A stretch of 38,741 nt of DNA. Origin: Sphingomonadaceae bacterium (GTDB lineage Bacteria > Chloroflexota > UBA6077). Below, one piece after another: positions 8,239 to 17,286 of the stretch (positions within the stretch are counted from its first letter, which is position 1; every line of letters starts with the position of its first letter). The DNA is taken from contig JBLNDL010000025.1 in NCBI GenBank assembly GCA_050261575.1, positions 79,115 through 117,855 on the forward strand, written 5' to 3'. The position numbers were made by a program, and so were the translations under genes. A model generated the notes under the pieces. It did no database searches. It had not been told where the DNA came from and saw nothing but the letters and a program-made list of their open reading frames with translations.

Positions 8239-8480
8239 CCACCGGCAACCCTAGGCACCATGACGATCTGCTCGGCGGTCTTGTCGAACCTCTCGAGCTT
8301 CTCGGCCGTCTTGCCGGGCTCCACCTTGAAGGCGGTGGCCCCCTTCGCCTTATGCTCCTCGAAGATCCGCTCGGCTTCCTTTATGGCCTCCAGGGCCTCA
8401 GGATCGCCCACTTCCGCCCGCTTCTCGTCCCACTCTACAGTGGTGTCGCCCTGATGGCTCAATATCCTCAGCTTGGACAT
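8235..8480 (-). CDS. Small protein with C-terminal di-glycine, putative ubiquitin-like beta-grasp
   Basis: 81 aa ending IVMVPRVAGG; beta-beta-alpha-beta-beta-beta pattern by eye. Confidence 0.75.
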   Translation of the reverse strand: MSKLRILSHQGDTTVEWDEKRAEVGDPEALEAIKEAERIFEEHKAKGATAFKVEPGKTAEKLERFDKTAEQIVMVPRVAGG

Positions 8481-8602
8481 TGTCGCTTCCGTCTCCTCTC
8501 GAAGTGTTACCTGGAGGATTACCTCTGCTCCAGAATGGGACCGCTTCCCCGGCCCCGTCGACCACGTGCCGGCCGCCGAGGCTTCGCGGGGTCCGCCTTT
8601 CG

Positions 8603-8619
8603 AGCACGAAACGTACCAA
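8603..8619 (-). promoter_or_regulatory. Sigma54-type promoter upstream of the GG-tail gene
   Basis: Minus strand TTGGTACGTTTCGTGCT (GG-N10-GC), about 120 nt before ATG 8480. Confidence 0.55.
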
Positions 8620-8816
8620 CCATCCCGTCCAACTTCTTCCCACCCTGCAGTCGGCCGGCCACCGGTCGACCTTCAGCCGCCCCAAGCTACCGCAAGACGG
8701 GTGCCCACCGGACGATCCCAGCATCTCCATCTCTTAATGATCGTGTCTGACAAGCACGAACGCGTCTCGTCCGCGACGCGCACGCCTGCGGACCTTCCGC
8801 AGGCCATTTACAACGC

Positions 8817-8847
8817 AGCAGGGGCGGGTTCAGAACCCGCCCCTGCT
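8817..8847. repeat. Perfect palindrome downstream of dhaL, REP-like or terminator
   Basis: AGCAGGGGCGGGTT-CAG-AACCCGCCCCTGCT. Confidence 0.7.
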
Positions 8848-8895
8848 TCTTCGCCGCTGTATCTGGGATCCCCGCCTCTCGCGCCTGTCGGCGCC

Positions 8896-9540
8896 TCAGG
8901 CGCCGGCCCGGTCCATGTAGTCTACGACCGCCTTAGACATCAGGTAGATGATCGTCGCCCCGGGGTCCTGGTGTCCGACCGACCTCTCGGCCAGCCAACG
9001 GGACCTGCCGAAAGCGGATTTCATGCCGATGGTTGCGATCATCCCCTTTTCGGCTGCCTCCATAGCCAGCCGGGCAGCCTCCCTCGGTCCCAGCCCTCGC
9101 TCGACGGCCCTTTCCAAAGCGAGGCGGGCAGGCATCAAAGCATCCAGGATGGTCTTGTTGCCGGGTTCCGCCTTGCCCCGCTCCTTGATACCCTGCTCCG
9201 CGGCCGCCACCATCCGGGCGACGTCGGGCAGGGTGAGTTCGCTCTGCCCGATCACGACCTTGCCCGCCCGCATGAACGCCGTGCCTAGAAGAGCGCCGAT
9301 GGTGGCGCCCGCGGCCTCCCCGAAGTCCGTGCCGGACTTCATCAACAACCGACCGATGTCGGCGGGGTGCTCAGCGAGGCCATCTCGGAGTGCCTTGAAG
9401 CCCCTCGACGTGGAAATACCGATGTCGCCGTCACCTATCGCCGAGTCCAACTCTCCCAGCATATCCTTGGCCGCTTCGAGTTCGAGCGCCACAGCTTCGA
9501 GGACTGCAACAGTCCGTTCGAGGCTCACTTTATCTCCCAT
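8896..9540 (-). CDS. dhaL: Dihydroxyacetone kinase-family subunit L
   Basis: LDSAIGDGDIG, GKAEPGNKTILDAL, GRSRWLAERSVGHQDPGA; start set to ATG 9540. Confidence 0.9.
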   Translation of the reverse strand: MGDKVSLERTVAVLEAVALELEAAKDMLGELDSAIGDGDIGISTSRGFKALRDGLAEHPADIGRLLMKSGTDFGEAAGATIGALLGTAFMRAGKVVIGQSELTLPDVARMVAAAEQGIKERGKAEPGNKTILDALMPARLALERAVERGLGPREAARLAMEAAEKGMIATIGMKSAFGRSRWLAERSVGHQDPGATIIYLMSKAVVDYMDRAGA

Positions 9541-9585
9541 CTCTCCACCCCTCCGCAACGTCGACTGCCAAGCGCGGACCCATTC

Positions 9586-10587
9586 TCACCTCTGTACGAA
9601 GAAGGGGGACTCCGCCGGCGCATCCAGCAGCCTCTTCATCTCATCGTCCAGCTTCAGGAGGGATAGCGAGCATCCAGCCATCTCGAGGGAGGTAGCGAAT
9701 TCGCCCACGTAGGGTCGATGGATGGAGATGTCTCGCTCGCGAAGCAGCTCCCACACCTTGCGATAGACCACGTATAGCTCTTCGAGAGGAGTCGCCCCGA
9801 GCCCGTTCACGAGCACCGCTACCTCGTCACCAGCCTCGAATGGCAAGTCCTCGACGACGGCGGTGGTGAGTGCGGTGGCGATCGCATCGGCGGATTCGAG
9901 CCTGCCCCTCCGCACGCCCGGCTCGCCGTGAATCCCCATCCCGATCTCCATCTCGTCCTCGCCGATGGAGAAGGTCGCCCGCCCCATCTCGGGAACGGTA
10001 CACGGGGATAGCGCAACCCCCATGCTTCTGGTGTTGGCTATGGCCTTCTCTGCTGCGGCCTTGACTGCCTGCAGGTCGGCCCCCTCGTCGGCCTTCGCCC
10101 CGGCTATCTTGTAGGCAAAGAAGATGCCTGCCACGCCCCGGCGCGTCTGCCACCGCTCGCGCGGCGCCGATGCCACGTCATCGCAAGCGGTCACGATCTC
10201 GACAGGGATACCCTCCATCGTGGCCATTTCCGCCGCGGTGCCAAAGTGCATGCAGTCACCCTGGTAGTTGCCGAACAGGTAAAGGACGCCCGCCCCGCCA
10301 TCGATCGCGCGCGTCACCGCCAACATCTGCCCTGTTGATGGGGAGGAGAAGACGTTTCCCACGGCGACGCCGTCGGCCAGCCCCTTCCCCACATAACCGA
10401 GAAAGACCGGCAGGTGCCCGGAGCCTCCGCCGGTGGCGATGGCCACCTTCCCCCGCACGGGCGAATCAGCCCGAACGATGGCTCGCCCATCCTTTCCCAC
10501 TGCCCTAAGCTGGGGCTGGTGCGCCCTGAGGATTCCGTCCAACACCTCGTCCACGAACATGGTCGGGTCGTTGATGATCTTCTTCAT
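9586..10587 (-). CDS. dhaK: Dihydroxyacetone kinase-family subunit K
   Basis: MKKIIN, GGGSGH, GNVFSSP, GMGIHGEPG, NGLGATPLEEL, TSLEMAG. Confidence 0.93.
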   Translation of the reverse strand: MKKIINDPTMFVDEVLDGILRAHQPQLRAVGKDGRAIVRADSPVRGKVAIATGGGSGHLPVFLGYVGKGLADGVAVGNVFSSPSTGQMLAVTRAIDGGAGVLYLFGNYQGDCMHFGTAAEMATMEGIPVEIVTACDDVASAPRERWQTRRGVAGIFFAYKIAGAKADEGADLQAVKAAAEKAIANTRSMGVALSPCTVPEMGRATFSIGEDEMEIGMGIHGEPGVRRGRLESADAIATALTTAVVEDLPFEAGDEVAVLVNGLGATPLEELYVVYRKVWELLRERDISIHRPYVGEFATSLEMAGCSLSLLKLDDEMKRLLDAPAESPFFVQR

Positions 10588-10689
10588 CCTGACTCCACTC
10601 GCTTTTGTCGGGTCTATCGATCCGGTTTCGAACGCGCCGGCCTGGGAATGGTAGCCCTCGTCCGTCGACGCGGGCCAGCTTCCAAGGAG

Positions 10690-11928
10690 TCAGACGACTC
10701 CGTCCTCGTGCAGCCGCGCGAGTTCGTGGTCGGGGACACCGAGGATATCTCGCAGCACCTCGTCTGTGTGCTGACCCAGCAGCGGGGCCGGGGCAGGAAC
10801 CTGCTCCTCCACCCCCGACATCTTCAGTGGGTTGCCAGTCAGCATCAGATGTCCCTCGTTGGGGTCGTCGAACTCCTGAACCATCTTCCGAGCCCTGAGG
10901 TGCGGACACTCCATCAGTTCAGCCACGTTCTGCACCGGCGCGGATGGGAGGTCTGCTCCCAGGAAGGCATTCACCACTTCCGCTCGTGTCTTGTCCTTTG
11001 CCCACTCCTCCAGGATCGGCCGCAAGACCGAGTCGTACAGTCTGCCCCTGGCCGTGTCCGGGTTCAGCCTGGGATCGGTCCGCAGTTCGGGCCGACCGAT
11101 CAGGTTGCAGAGTCTGCCCCACATCTCGTCGCCCATCGTGGTCATCACCACGTACCCGTCTTTGACCTTGAAGGCCCCAAGCGGGTTCTCTCGCTTGTCG
11201 TCCCCGCGGGTTGGCGTCTCGCCGGTCAGGTAGCAGCGCAAGAGAGGCCGCTGCGCGAAGCTTGCAAGGCAGTCGTACATGGAGATGTCCACGTGCTGCC
11301 CCACGCCAGTCAAGTCCCTCATCCGCAGCGCCATTACCGTGCCCGACAGGGCAAAGACCGAGGCAACCAGGTCGCCCAGGGCGACCCCCGTCGGTATCGG
11401 CGGTCCACCCAACTCCCCGGTGATATCCATGATGCCGCTCATGGCCTGGGCCACTATGTTGAACGCGGGCCTATCGACGTAGGGGCCCGGGTAGATGTCG
11501 TCATGGCCGAATCCGCTGATAGAGGTGTACACCAGGGCAGGATTGATCTCTCGCAAGACCCGGTAGCTCAGCCCCAGCCGTTCCATGGTTCCCGGCGTGA
11601 AGTTCTCGATCACCACGTCGGAGACCTTCACCAGCTTCTTGAAGATCTCCTTCCCCTTCTCCGAGCGAAGGTCGATGGTGACTCCCTTCTTGCCTCGATG
11701 CACGTAGGCCACGGTATGCGCGACCTTGCGTCCGTCCTTCGCCACCAACAGGTGTCTTCGAGCCAACTCCCCAACCTTGGGGCGCTCGATCTTGATGACC
11801 TCGGCACCGTTCAGTGCCATTAGCAGCGTGCAGTAAGGTCCCGCCAGCACATGGCTCAAGTCCAGGACCCGAATCCCCTCCAGGGGTTGCTTTACAGAAT
11901 TGCTGATGGACATGAGGATCCGCTCCAT
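10690..11928 (-). CDS. Class III (CaiB/BaiF) CoA-transferase
   Basis: PLEGIRVLDLSHVLAGPYC, GAEVIKIE, DVVIENF, SISGFG, ALGD, APLLGQHT. Exact start uncertain. Confidence 0.93.
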   Translation of the reverse strand: MERILMSISNSVKQPLEGIRVLDLSHVLAGPYCTLLMALNGAEVIKIERPKVGELARRHLLVAKDGRKVAHTVAYVHRGKKGVTIDLRSEKGKEIFKKLVKVSDVVIENFTPGTMERLGLSYRVLREINPALVYTSISGFGHDDIYPGPYVDRPAFNIVAQAMSGIMDITGELGGPPIPTGVALGDLVASVFALSGTVMALRMRDLTGVGQHVDISMYDCLASFAQRPLLRCYLTGETPTRGDDKRENPLGAFKVKDGYVVMTTMGDEMWGRLCNLIGRPELRTDPRLNPDTARGRLYDSVLRPILEEWAKDKTRAEVVNAFLGADLPSAPVQNVAELMECPHLRARKMVQEFDDPNEGHLMLTGNPLKMSGVEEQVPAPAPLLGQHTDEVLRDILGVPDHELARLHEDGVV

Positions 11929-11958
11929 TGAGATTCCGCGGAGGTTGGTCGCGTGCCG

Positions 11959-12747
11959 CTAACACCCCTTCCACACGGGCTTGCGCTTCTCCCTGAACGC
12001 CCGTGGACCCTCTTGGCCGTCCTCGGTGAGACGCATCTCCGCCATATAGTGCTCCTCCAACTGCGCCAGCCCAGCCTCTGGCTGGAGGTACATCTGCATG
12101 ATCTCCTTGCTGCGCTGCACCGCGAGGGGCGACATCTCGCAAATCCGCTCGGCGATGCGGATCGCTTCTGGCAGCACCTCCTCACGGGGTACCACCCTGT
12201 TGACTAGGCCCACCTCGTATGCTCGCTGGGCGCTCATCCTCCCGCCCATGAACACGAGTTCCGCGGCTATCGGGTAGGGCAGCGCCTGGACGTATCTGAG
12301 CGCCCCGCCAACCTGACCGATATTCACGTGGAGATCGCCGATCCAGGCGGTCTCGGCCATCACCCTGATGTCGCAAGAGAGGGCGAGCGCCAGGCCACCA
12401 CCGACAGCGAAGCCATTGATCCCCGCCACGACCGGCTTCCGTATCCCGTAACGATGCAGGTGAGCCCCAAACTGCCCGTAGGTTGGACTGGCCGGATCGT
12501 ATCGCGGCACCAGCCTGCCCTGTGCCTGGTAGGCTGCCAACTCCTTCACGTCCCTGCCCGCGCAGAATGCTTCGCCGGTGCCTGTCAGGACCACCACCCA
12601 GACGTTCGCGTCCCCGCGCACGTCTCGCCAGACCTGATCCAGCTCTCCCTGCATTTGGTCGTCGTAGGCATTTCGAGCCTGCGGACGATTGAGCGTGACG
12701 AGGGCGAGGTGCCCTCGTTTCTCGTATATGACCGTCTCGAATCCCAT
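11959..12747 (-). CDS. Crotonase (enoyl-CoA hydratase/isomerase) superfamily protein
   Basis: TLNRPQARNA, AFCAGRDV, KPVVAGINGFAVGGG, EGPRAFREKRKPVWKG. Confidence 0.92.
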   Translation of the reverse strand: MGFETVIYEKRGHLALVTLNRPQARNAYDDQMQGELDQVWRDVRGDANVWVVVLTGTGEAFCAGRDVKELAAYQAQGRLVPRYDPASPTYGQFGAHLHRYGIRKPVVAGINGFAVGGGLALALSCDIRVMAETAWIGDLHVNIGQVGGALRYVQALPYPIAAELVFMGGRMSAQRAYEVGLVNRVVPREEVLPEAIRIAERICEMSPLAVQRSKEIMQMYLQPEAGLAQLEEHYMAEMRLTEDGQEGPRAFREKRKPVWKGC

Positions 12748-12847
12748 CGGAAAACCCCCGACCGACTTCTACTGAGCGCGGGCGGCGCTGCCTCGCGCTC
12801 CGTCTTGGCGGCGAACCCCCTCGTCTATGTCTGGTGCCGACGAAGCC

Positions 12848-13765
12848 TCAGGCTAGAATCCGCCCGCTGGCGGTGCCGACTGTGACCCGCTTACCAGCCT
12901 GGTTCTCGCACCACACATCGACGGTCACACGCAGGCCGCCATTCTCCTGGGTCATCTCCTTCACCTGCCCGCTGGCGTAGACCGTGTCACCAAGGAAGAC
13001 CGGAGAGACGAAGGCCACGGCGAGCTTGCCACCGTTCCTCCACCCCTCTCCACAGAAACGGGTCATCAACTCAGAGAGGTAGGCGAAGGACTGGAGCCCG
13101 GAGGCAACCGTGGTTGCGAGCCCGGCTGCTCGAGCCACGTCCGGATCGGTGTGGATGTTCTTCCACTCTGTCCCCGCGAACACCGTCATCTGCTCCTGAG
13201 TCATTACCTTGCGGATGGGCTTCAACTGGGCGCCAACGGCGAGATCGCGATCACCGACCTCCACCACGGGGCTGCCCACCATGGTCGGCACCTCCGCCAC
13301 CGCACCCTGAGACTGTTCCGCCTTGGCCACCCCCGGCTTGAGACCTCGCAGGTGAGTCGACCGCTGGCGCAGGATGAGGTTGCCCGCCTCATCCCTCACC
13401 AAGGACTCGAGGATGATGTACTGCTTGTCCCTCTTGATGTACTTGTCGATGTGGCTGCCGGTGATGATTACGCGCTGGCCCAACCTGGGAGACGAGAGGA
13501 ACTCGCACTCGTGCTTCGCGTGGAGCCCTGCCCCGCCGCTTGCGAGATCGTACGACGTCCTGATGACGTCTCTGGCTTCGCGGCACAGCAGCGGCGGGTG
13601 ACCGATTCTGCCCACGCCGGGAACGCCAACCATATACGCGGGATCGTAGTCGTCGACTGCGTAGGCAAAGCTCTTGATCATGTGGTCGGTGACCACTACC
13701 TCAATGGGGCCGAAGGTCTCGCCAACCTCCATCAGCTCCCATTTGCGTTCCTTCAGCTCTGCCAT
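12848..13765 (-). CDS. Double-hotdog MaoC-like dehydratase
   Basis: Start set to ATG 13765 (GGAGGA 7 nt upstream). Two hotdog repeats; NIHTDPDVARAAGL and FVSPVFLGD in the second. Confidence 0.82.
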   Translation of the reverse strand: MAELKERKWELMEVGETFGPIEVVVTDHMIKSFAYAVDDYDPAYMVGVPGVGRIGHPPLLCREARDVIRTSYDLASGGAGLHAKHECEFLSSPRLGQRVIITGSHIDKYIKRDKQYIILESLVRDEAGNLILRQRSTHLRGLKPGVAKAEQSQGAVAEVPTMVGSPVVEVGDRDLAVGAQLKPIRKVMTQEQMTVFAGTEWKNIHTDPDVARAAGLATTVASGLQSFAYLSELMTRFCGEGWRNGGKLAVAFVSPVFLGDTVYASGQVKEMTQENGGLRVTVDVWCENQAGKRVTVGTASGRILA

Positions 13766-13969
13766 CCCCATATCCTCCGAATCGCTTGCAGCTACACGCT
13801 GGCAAAGTGGATGTTGACCCTTCACGGACACGATGGGACCCCTAGGACTGAGTCGAAGCCTCTTCTGCCCTTGGTGCCCGGAGGGGCTCCCTGATTCCCC
13901 CATCGGGAAGTCAGATCCTCAACCCCAGGGGTCCCTATCGTGATGCGGGTAGCCTACCGTGAGGTCAGG

Positions 13970-15031
13970 CTACTTGCGGTTCTTCGCCAACTCCACCAGC
14001 TTGCCGGCGGTCGAATGCACTTCCTGAACATACTTTCGGTATTCCTCGCCACGGATCAGCTTTACTGGGAAACCCGCAGTCTGCATCTTCTCGACGTGGT
14101 CCGGAGACTCGATCACCTTGGCGAACACGTCTTCCAGCTTCTTCAGAACCGGTGCTGGCGTCCCTTTCGGAGCAGCCACGCCGCGGCTCGAAGCCATCAC
14201 GATGGATGGGTAGCCCAACTCGACAGTCGTCGGAACATCCGGAAGCTGCTTGACTCTCTCAGGGCTCAACACCGCCAGGACCTTCAGGTCCTTGCCCAGG
14301 GCCATGCTGGTGAAGGCGATATCGGTGTGCCCGCCACGGAACTGCGTCATCGTGCCGGCGCTCCCGTCGAAGTGAGCGATGCGGAACTTCGTTCCAACGG
14401 CTTCCTCGAACTGCAGCGCCGCCAAGTGCTCGGGGGTCAGGGCGCCGGAGGTGCCTACCCTGATCTCGCCAGGTCGCTTCTTGGCATCCTCGACCAGGTC
14501 GTTGAAGGTCTTGTACGGGCTCTCGTGCTTTACGGCCAGGATGATGGGGTCGTACACGTGGTTCACGATGAAGTCGAACGAGTCTAAGCTGAAGGTGGCC
14601 TTGCGCTCCGGCGAGAGCAGGATCGTGTTGACCGCTGGAAGGTTGACAAAACCGATGTAGTAGCCGTCGGGCTTCTGGGAAGCAAGTTCGGTTAGGCCGA
14701 CCTGAGATCCGGCGCCCTCTTTGTTCACCACCACCAGCGACTGGCCCAGTTCCTTTTCGGCGGCCGATGCCAGGATCCGCGCGCCTATGTCCGTGGTGCC
14801 TCCAGCAGCGAACGGGATCTGGAGGGTGACGGGCTTGGTGGGGTAATCGACCGAAGCGGGATTGGCGCCACCGGCGGGCACTGACGTCGGAGCCGCCCCT
14901 GCCGGCGACGCGGTCGAGGCAGGCGCCTTGGTCGGAGCCGCGGAGCCACCGCCGGGCGCCGCCGTACTGCACGCCACTGTGAGAACCGATGCCGCCATTG
15001 CGAGAAGACCGAGCCTTAGAGTGCGATTCAT
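13970..15031 (-). CDS. tctC: Tripartite tricarboxylate transporter substrate-binding lipoprotein (TctC/Bug)
   Basis: Start ATG 15031 after GGAGG; lipobox LTVAC; YPTKPVTLQIPFAAGGTTD, PDGY, LPDVPT. Confidence 0.93.
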   Translation of the reverse strand: MNRTLRLGLLAMAASVLTVACSTAAPGGGSAAPTKAPASTASPAGAAPTSVPAGGANPASVDYPTKPVTLQIPFAAGGTTDIGARILASAAEKELGQSLVVVNKEGAGSQVGLTELASQKPDGYYIGFVNLPAVNTILLSPERKATFSLDSFDFIVNHVYDPIILAVKHESPYKTFNDLVEDAKKRPGEIRVGTSGALTPEHLAALQFEEAVGTKFRIAHFDGSAGTMTQFRGGHTDIAFTSMALGKDLKVLAVLSPERVKQLPDVPTTVELGYPSIVMASSRGVAAPKGTPAPVLKKLEDVFAKVIESPDHVEKMQTAGFPVKLIRGEEYRKYVQEVHSTAGKLVELAKNRK

Positions 15032-15132
15032 GTTTCCTCCATACCTAGCTTGGCCCAAGATTCACCCCAGGACTAACGCAACTACATCCATTCCACAGGC
15101 GAAAGCCTATCTCCTCAACCACACCTCCCCTT

Positions 15133-16653
15133 TCATCGCGAGACCTCAGCCTCCGCCACCCCTCCCAGCAGGCGGCCCCGTGAGCGAGCCTTTCTGGCGA
15201 AGGAACTCACCAGGATGATGGCAGCCACAGCCAGGAGAGTGGCCGAAATGGGCGAAGTGAAGAACACGCTGAAGTCTCCACCGGACAGGTCGAGCGCCGA
15301 GCGAAGGGACTTCTCCAGCATCGGGCCGAGGATGAGTGCGAGAACGGCGGGCGCGAGTGGCCATCGCAGCTTGCGGCAGACATATCCCATCAACCCGAAG
15401 GAGAGCATCAGCCCCACATCGAACACACTCTGTTTCAGACTGTAGGCGCCTATGACGCAGAAGACGAGGATGCCGGGGTAGAGGTACTCGTATCTGATCT
15501 CCAGGAGCTTTGCCCAGAGACTCACGAGAGGCAGATTCAGGATCAGCAACATCACGTTGCCCACGTAGAAGCTGGCGATGACGCCCCAGACCACGTCGGC
15601 GTGCTCCTTGAAGAGGAAGGGGCCAGGCGTTATCCCGTTGATCATGAATGCCCCCATCAGCACCGCCAGGCTCGCCGTTCCGGGTATCCCCAACGTGAAC
15701 AACGGAACCATGGAGGCCTGAGCGTAGGCGTTGTTGGCGCTCTCCGGGCTTGCCACCCCCTCGATGACGCCAGTGCCGAACCGCTCTGGATGCTTGGACA
15801 CCCTCTTCTCCAGCACGTACGCGACGAAAGTGGGTATGATGCCGGCGATGCCGGGGATGAGCCCCAGGAAGAAACCCACAACCGTCCCTCGCCCGATCGC
15901 CCTGGAGGCGCGCCCCCACTCCTCACGGCTTGGAAACAGGTTGGAAAGGCTGGTCTTCACGACCTGCTGGTTGGGGTTCTCGAGGCTCGCCAGGAGTTCG
16001 CCCACCCCGAAGAGGCCCATCACCATGGGGACGAGCCCGACTCCGTCGTACAGCTCGGGAATGCCGAAGGTAAAGCGAGGCAGGCCATGCAGCGGGTCTA
16101 TACCGATCATCGAGAGGGCGAGCCCGAAGACGGTCATGAGCAGGGCGGCCGGCAGTGAACTGCCCCCTAGGGCAGTCACCAGGGTCAGCCCCGCCAACAG
16201 GAGAGAGAACATCTCAGGGGGGCCGAACCGGAGTGCGAAGCTGGCGAGGGGCAGGGCCATTACCATCAGCGCGAGGGTGCCGAAGGTACCTCCGACGAAC
16301 GATCCGATGGAGGCGATGCCCAACGCCGTACCCCCCCTGCCCTGCTTGGCCATCTGGAAACCGTCCAGGCAAGTGACCACCGAGGTGGACTCACCGGGCA
16401 CGTTGACGAGCACGGAGGTGATCGTCCCGCCGTACTGGGTACCGTAGTAGAGTGCCGAGATCATGATGATCGCCGGCGTAGGTTCGAGGTTGAAGGTGAT
16501 CGGGATCAGGATCGCCATCGCGGCAGCGGGGCCGAGTCCCGGCAGTACACCCACGACCGTGCCCAGAAGACAGCCCACGAACGCGAAGAGAAGGTTGGTG
16601 GGCGACATGGCCACGGCGAACCCCTGAATCCACTGCTGAACAGCTTGGTCCAC
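15133..16653 (-). CDS. tctA: Tripartite tricarboxylate transporter large permease
   Basis: GVLPGLG, YGGTITSVLVNVPG, GVASPESANNA, LGIPG. Confidence 0.95.
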   Translation of the reverse strand: MDQAVQQWIQGFAVAMSPTNLLFAFVGCLLGTVVGVLPGLGPAAAMAILIPITFNLEPTPAIIMISALYYGTQYGGTITSVLVNVPGESTSVVTCLDGFQMAKQGRGGTALGIASIGSFVGGTFGTLALMVMALPLASFALRFGPPEMFSLLLAGLTLVTALGGSSLPAALLMTVFGLALSMIGIDPLHGLPRFTFGIPELYDGVGLVPMVMGLFGVGELLASLENPNQQVVKTSLSNLFPSREEWGRASRAIGRGTVVGFFLGLIPGIAGIIPTFVAYVLEKRVSKHPERFGTGVIEGVASPESANNAYAQASMVPLFTLGIPGTASLAVLMGAFMINGITPGPFLFKEHADVVWGVIASFYVGNVMLLILNLPLVSLWAKLLEIRYEYLYPGILVFCVIGAYSLKQSVFDVGLMLSFGLMGYVCRKLRWPLAPAVLALILGPMLEKSLRSALDLSGGDFSVFFTSPISATLLAVAAIILVSSFARKARSRGRLLGGVAEAEVSR

Positions 16654-16663
16654 AGTCGCCTCC

Positions 16664-17125
16664 TCAGATACCCAGCAGTCCTATCGGTAGTGGCACCTGG
16701 AGCCAGTAGTAGAAGACGTGAAAGACCCCAAAGCTCCCTACGAGGGCGAAGACGAAGGTCACGACCCATTTCCGGACCCCGAGAGCGGCGGGCAAGAAGA
16801 GTAGGAACAGCACTAGCGTGATGCGGAAGCCCAGGACGTTGAGGAGGAGGATCACCGCGACGAGAGACCCTACCACCGACAGCACCCGGAGTCCTCCGGC
16901 TAGATCCGGAAGAAGAGGCTCCTCGGCGACGGGGGCGGTCCTGGCAAGACTCACCTGGACGAATAGACCCGCAGCCAACACGGCCAAGATGATCCCCAGC
17001 CACGCGGGGAAGAAACCCGCGCCCGGACCGGCGGAATCGAAGAAGGGATAATCCAGGGCACTCACCAGCACGAAGACCCCGAGGAGCACGCATGCGAGAC
17101 TCGCTGCCTGCCAAGCCCGTTTCAC
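16664..17125 (-). CDS. tctB: Tripartite tricarboxylate transporter small subunit
   Basis: GTG 17125 after AAGGAGGT; GPGAGFFP, LGF, VPLPIG. Confidence 0.88.
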   Translation of the reverse strand: MKRAWQAASLACVLLGVFVLVSALDYPFFDSAGPGAGFFPAWLGIILAVLAAGLFVQVSLARTAPVAEEPLLPDLAGGLRVLSVVGSLVAVILLLNVLGFRITLVLFLLFLPAALGVRKWVVTFVFALVGSFGVFHVFYYWLQVPLPIGLLGI

Positions 17126-17154
17126 TGGCCACCTCCTTGAGATATGGCGTTGGG

Positions 17155-17196
17155 AATATAGCACCGCCTACCCAAAAGCCGATTGCCTGGGTAGGC
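17155..17196 (-). promoter_or_regulatory. Putative tctB promoter with inverted-repeat operator
   Basis: Extended -10 TG-C-TATATT (17163-17155); GCCTACCCA(17166-17174)-N13-TGGGTAGGC(17188-17196) brackets the expected -35. Confidence 0.5.
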
Positions 17197-17286
17197 AACA
17201 ACACCGTCCGGAACCGTCTGTGGCGTCGGTGCGGAGGATGCAGCAGGATTGGTGGGGAATCTGGCCCCTGGGGCAGATCCAGCGAG

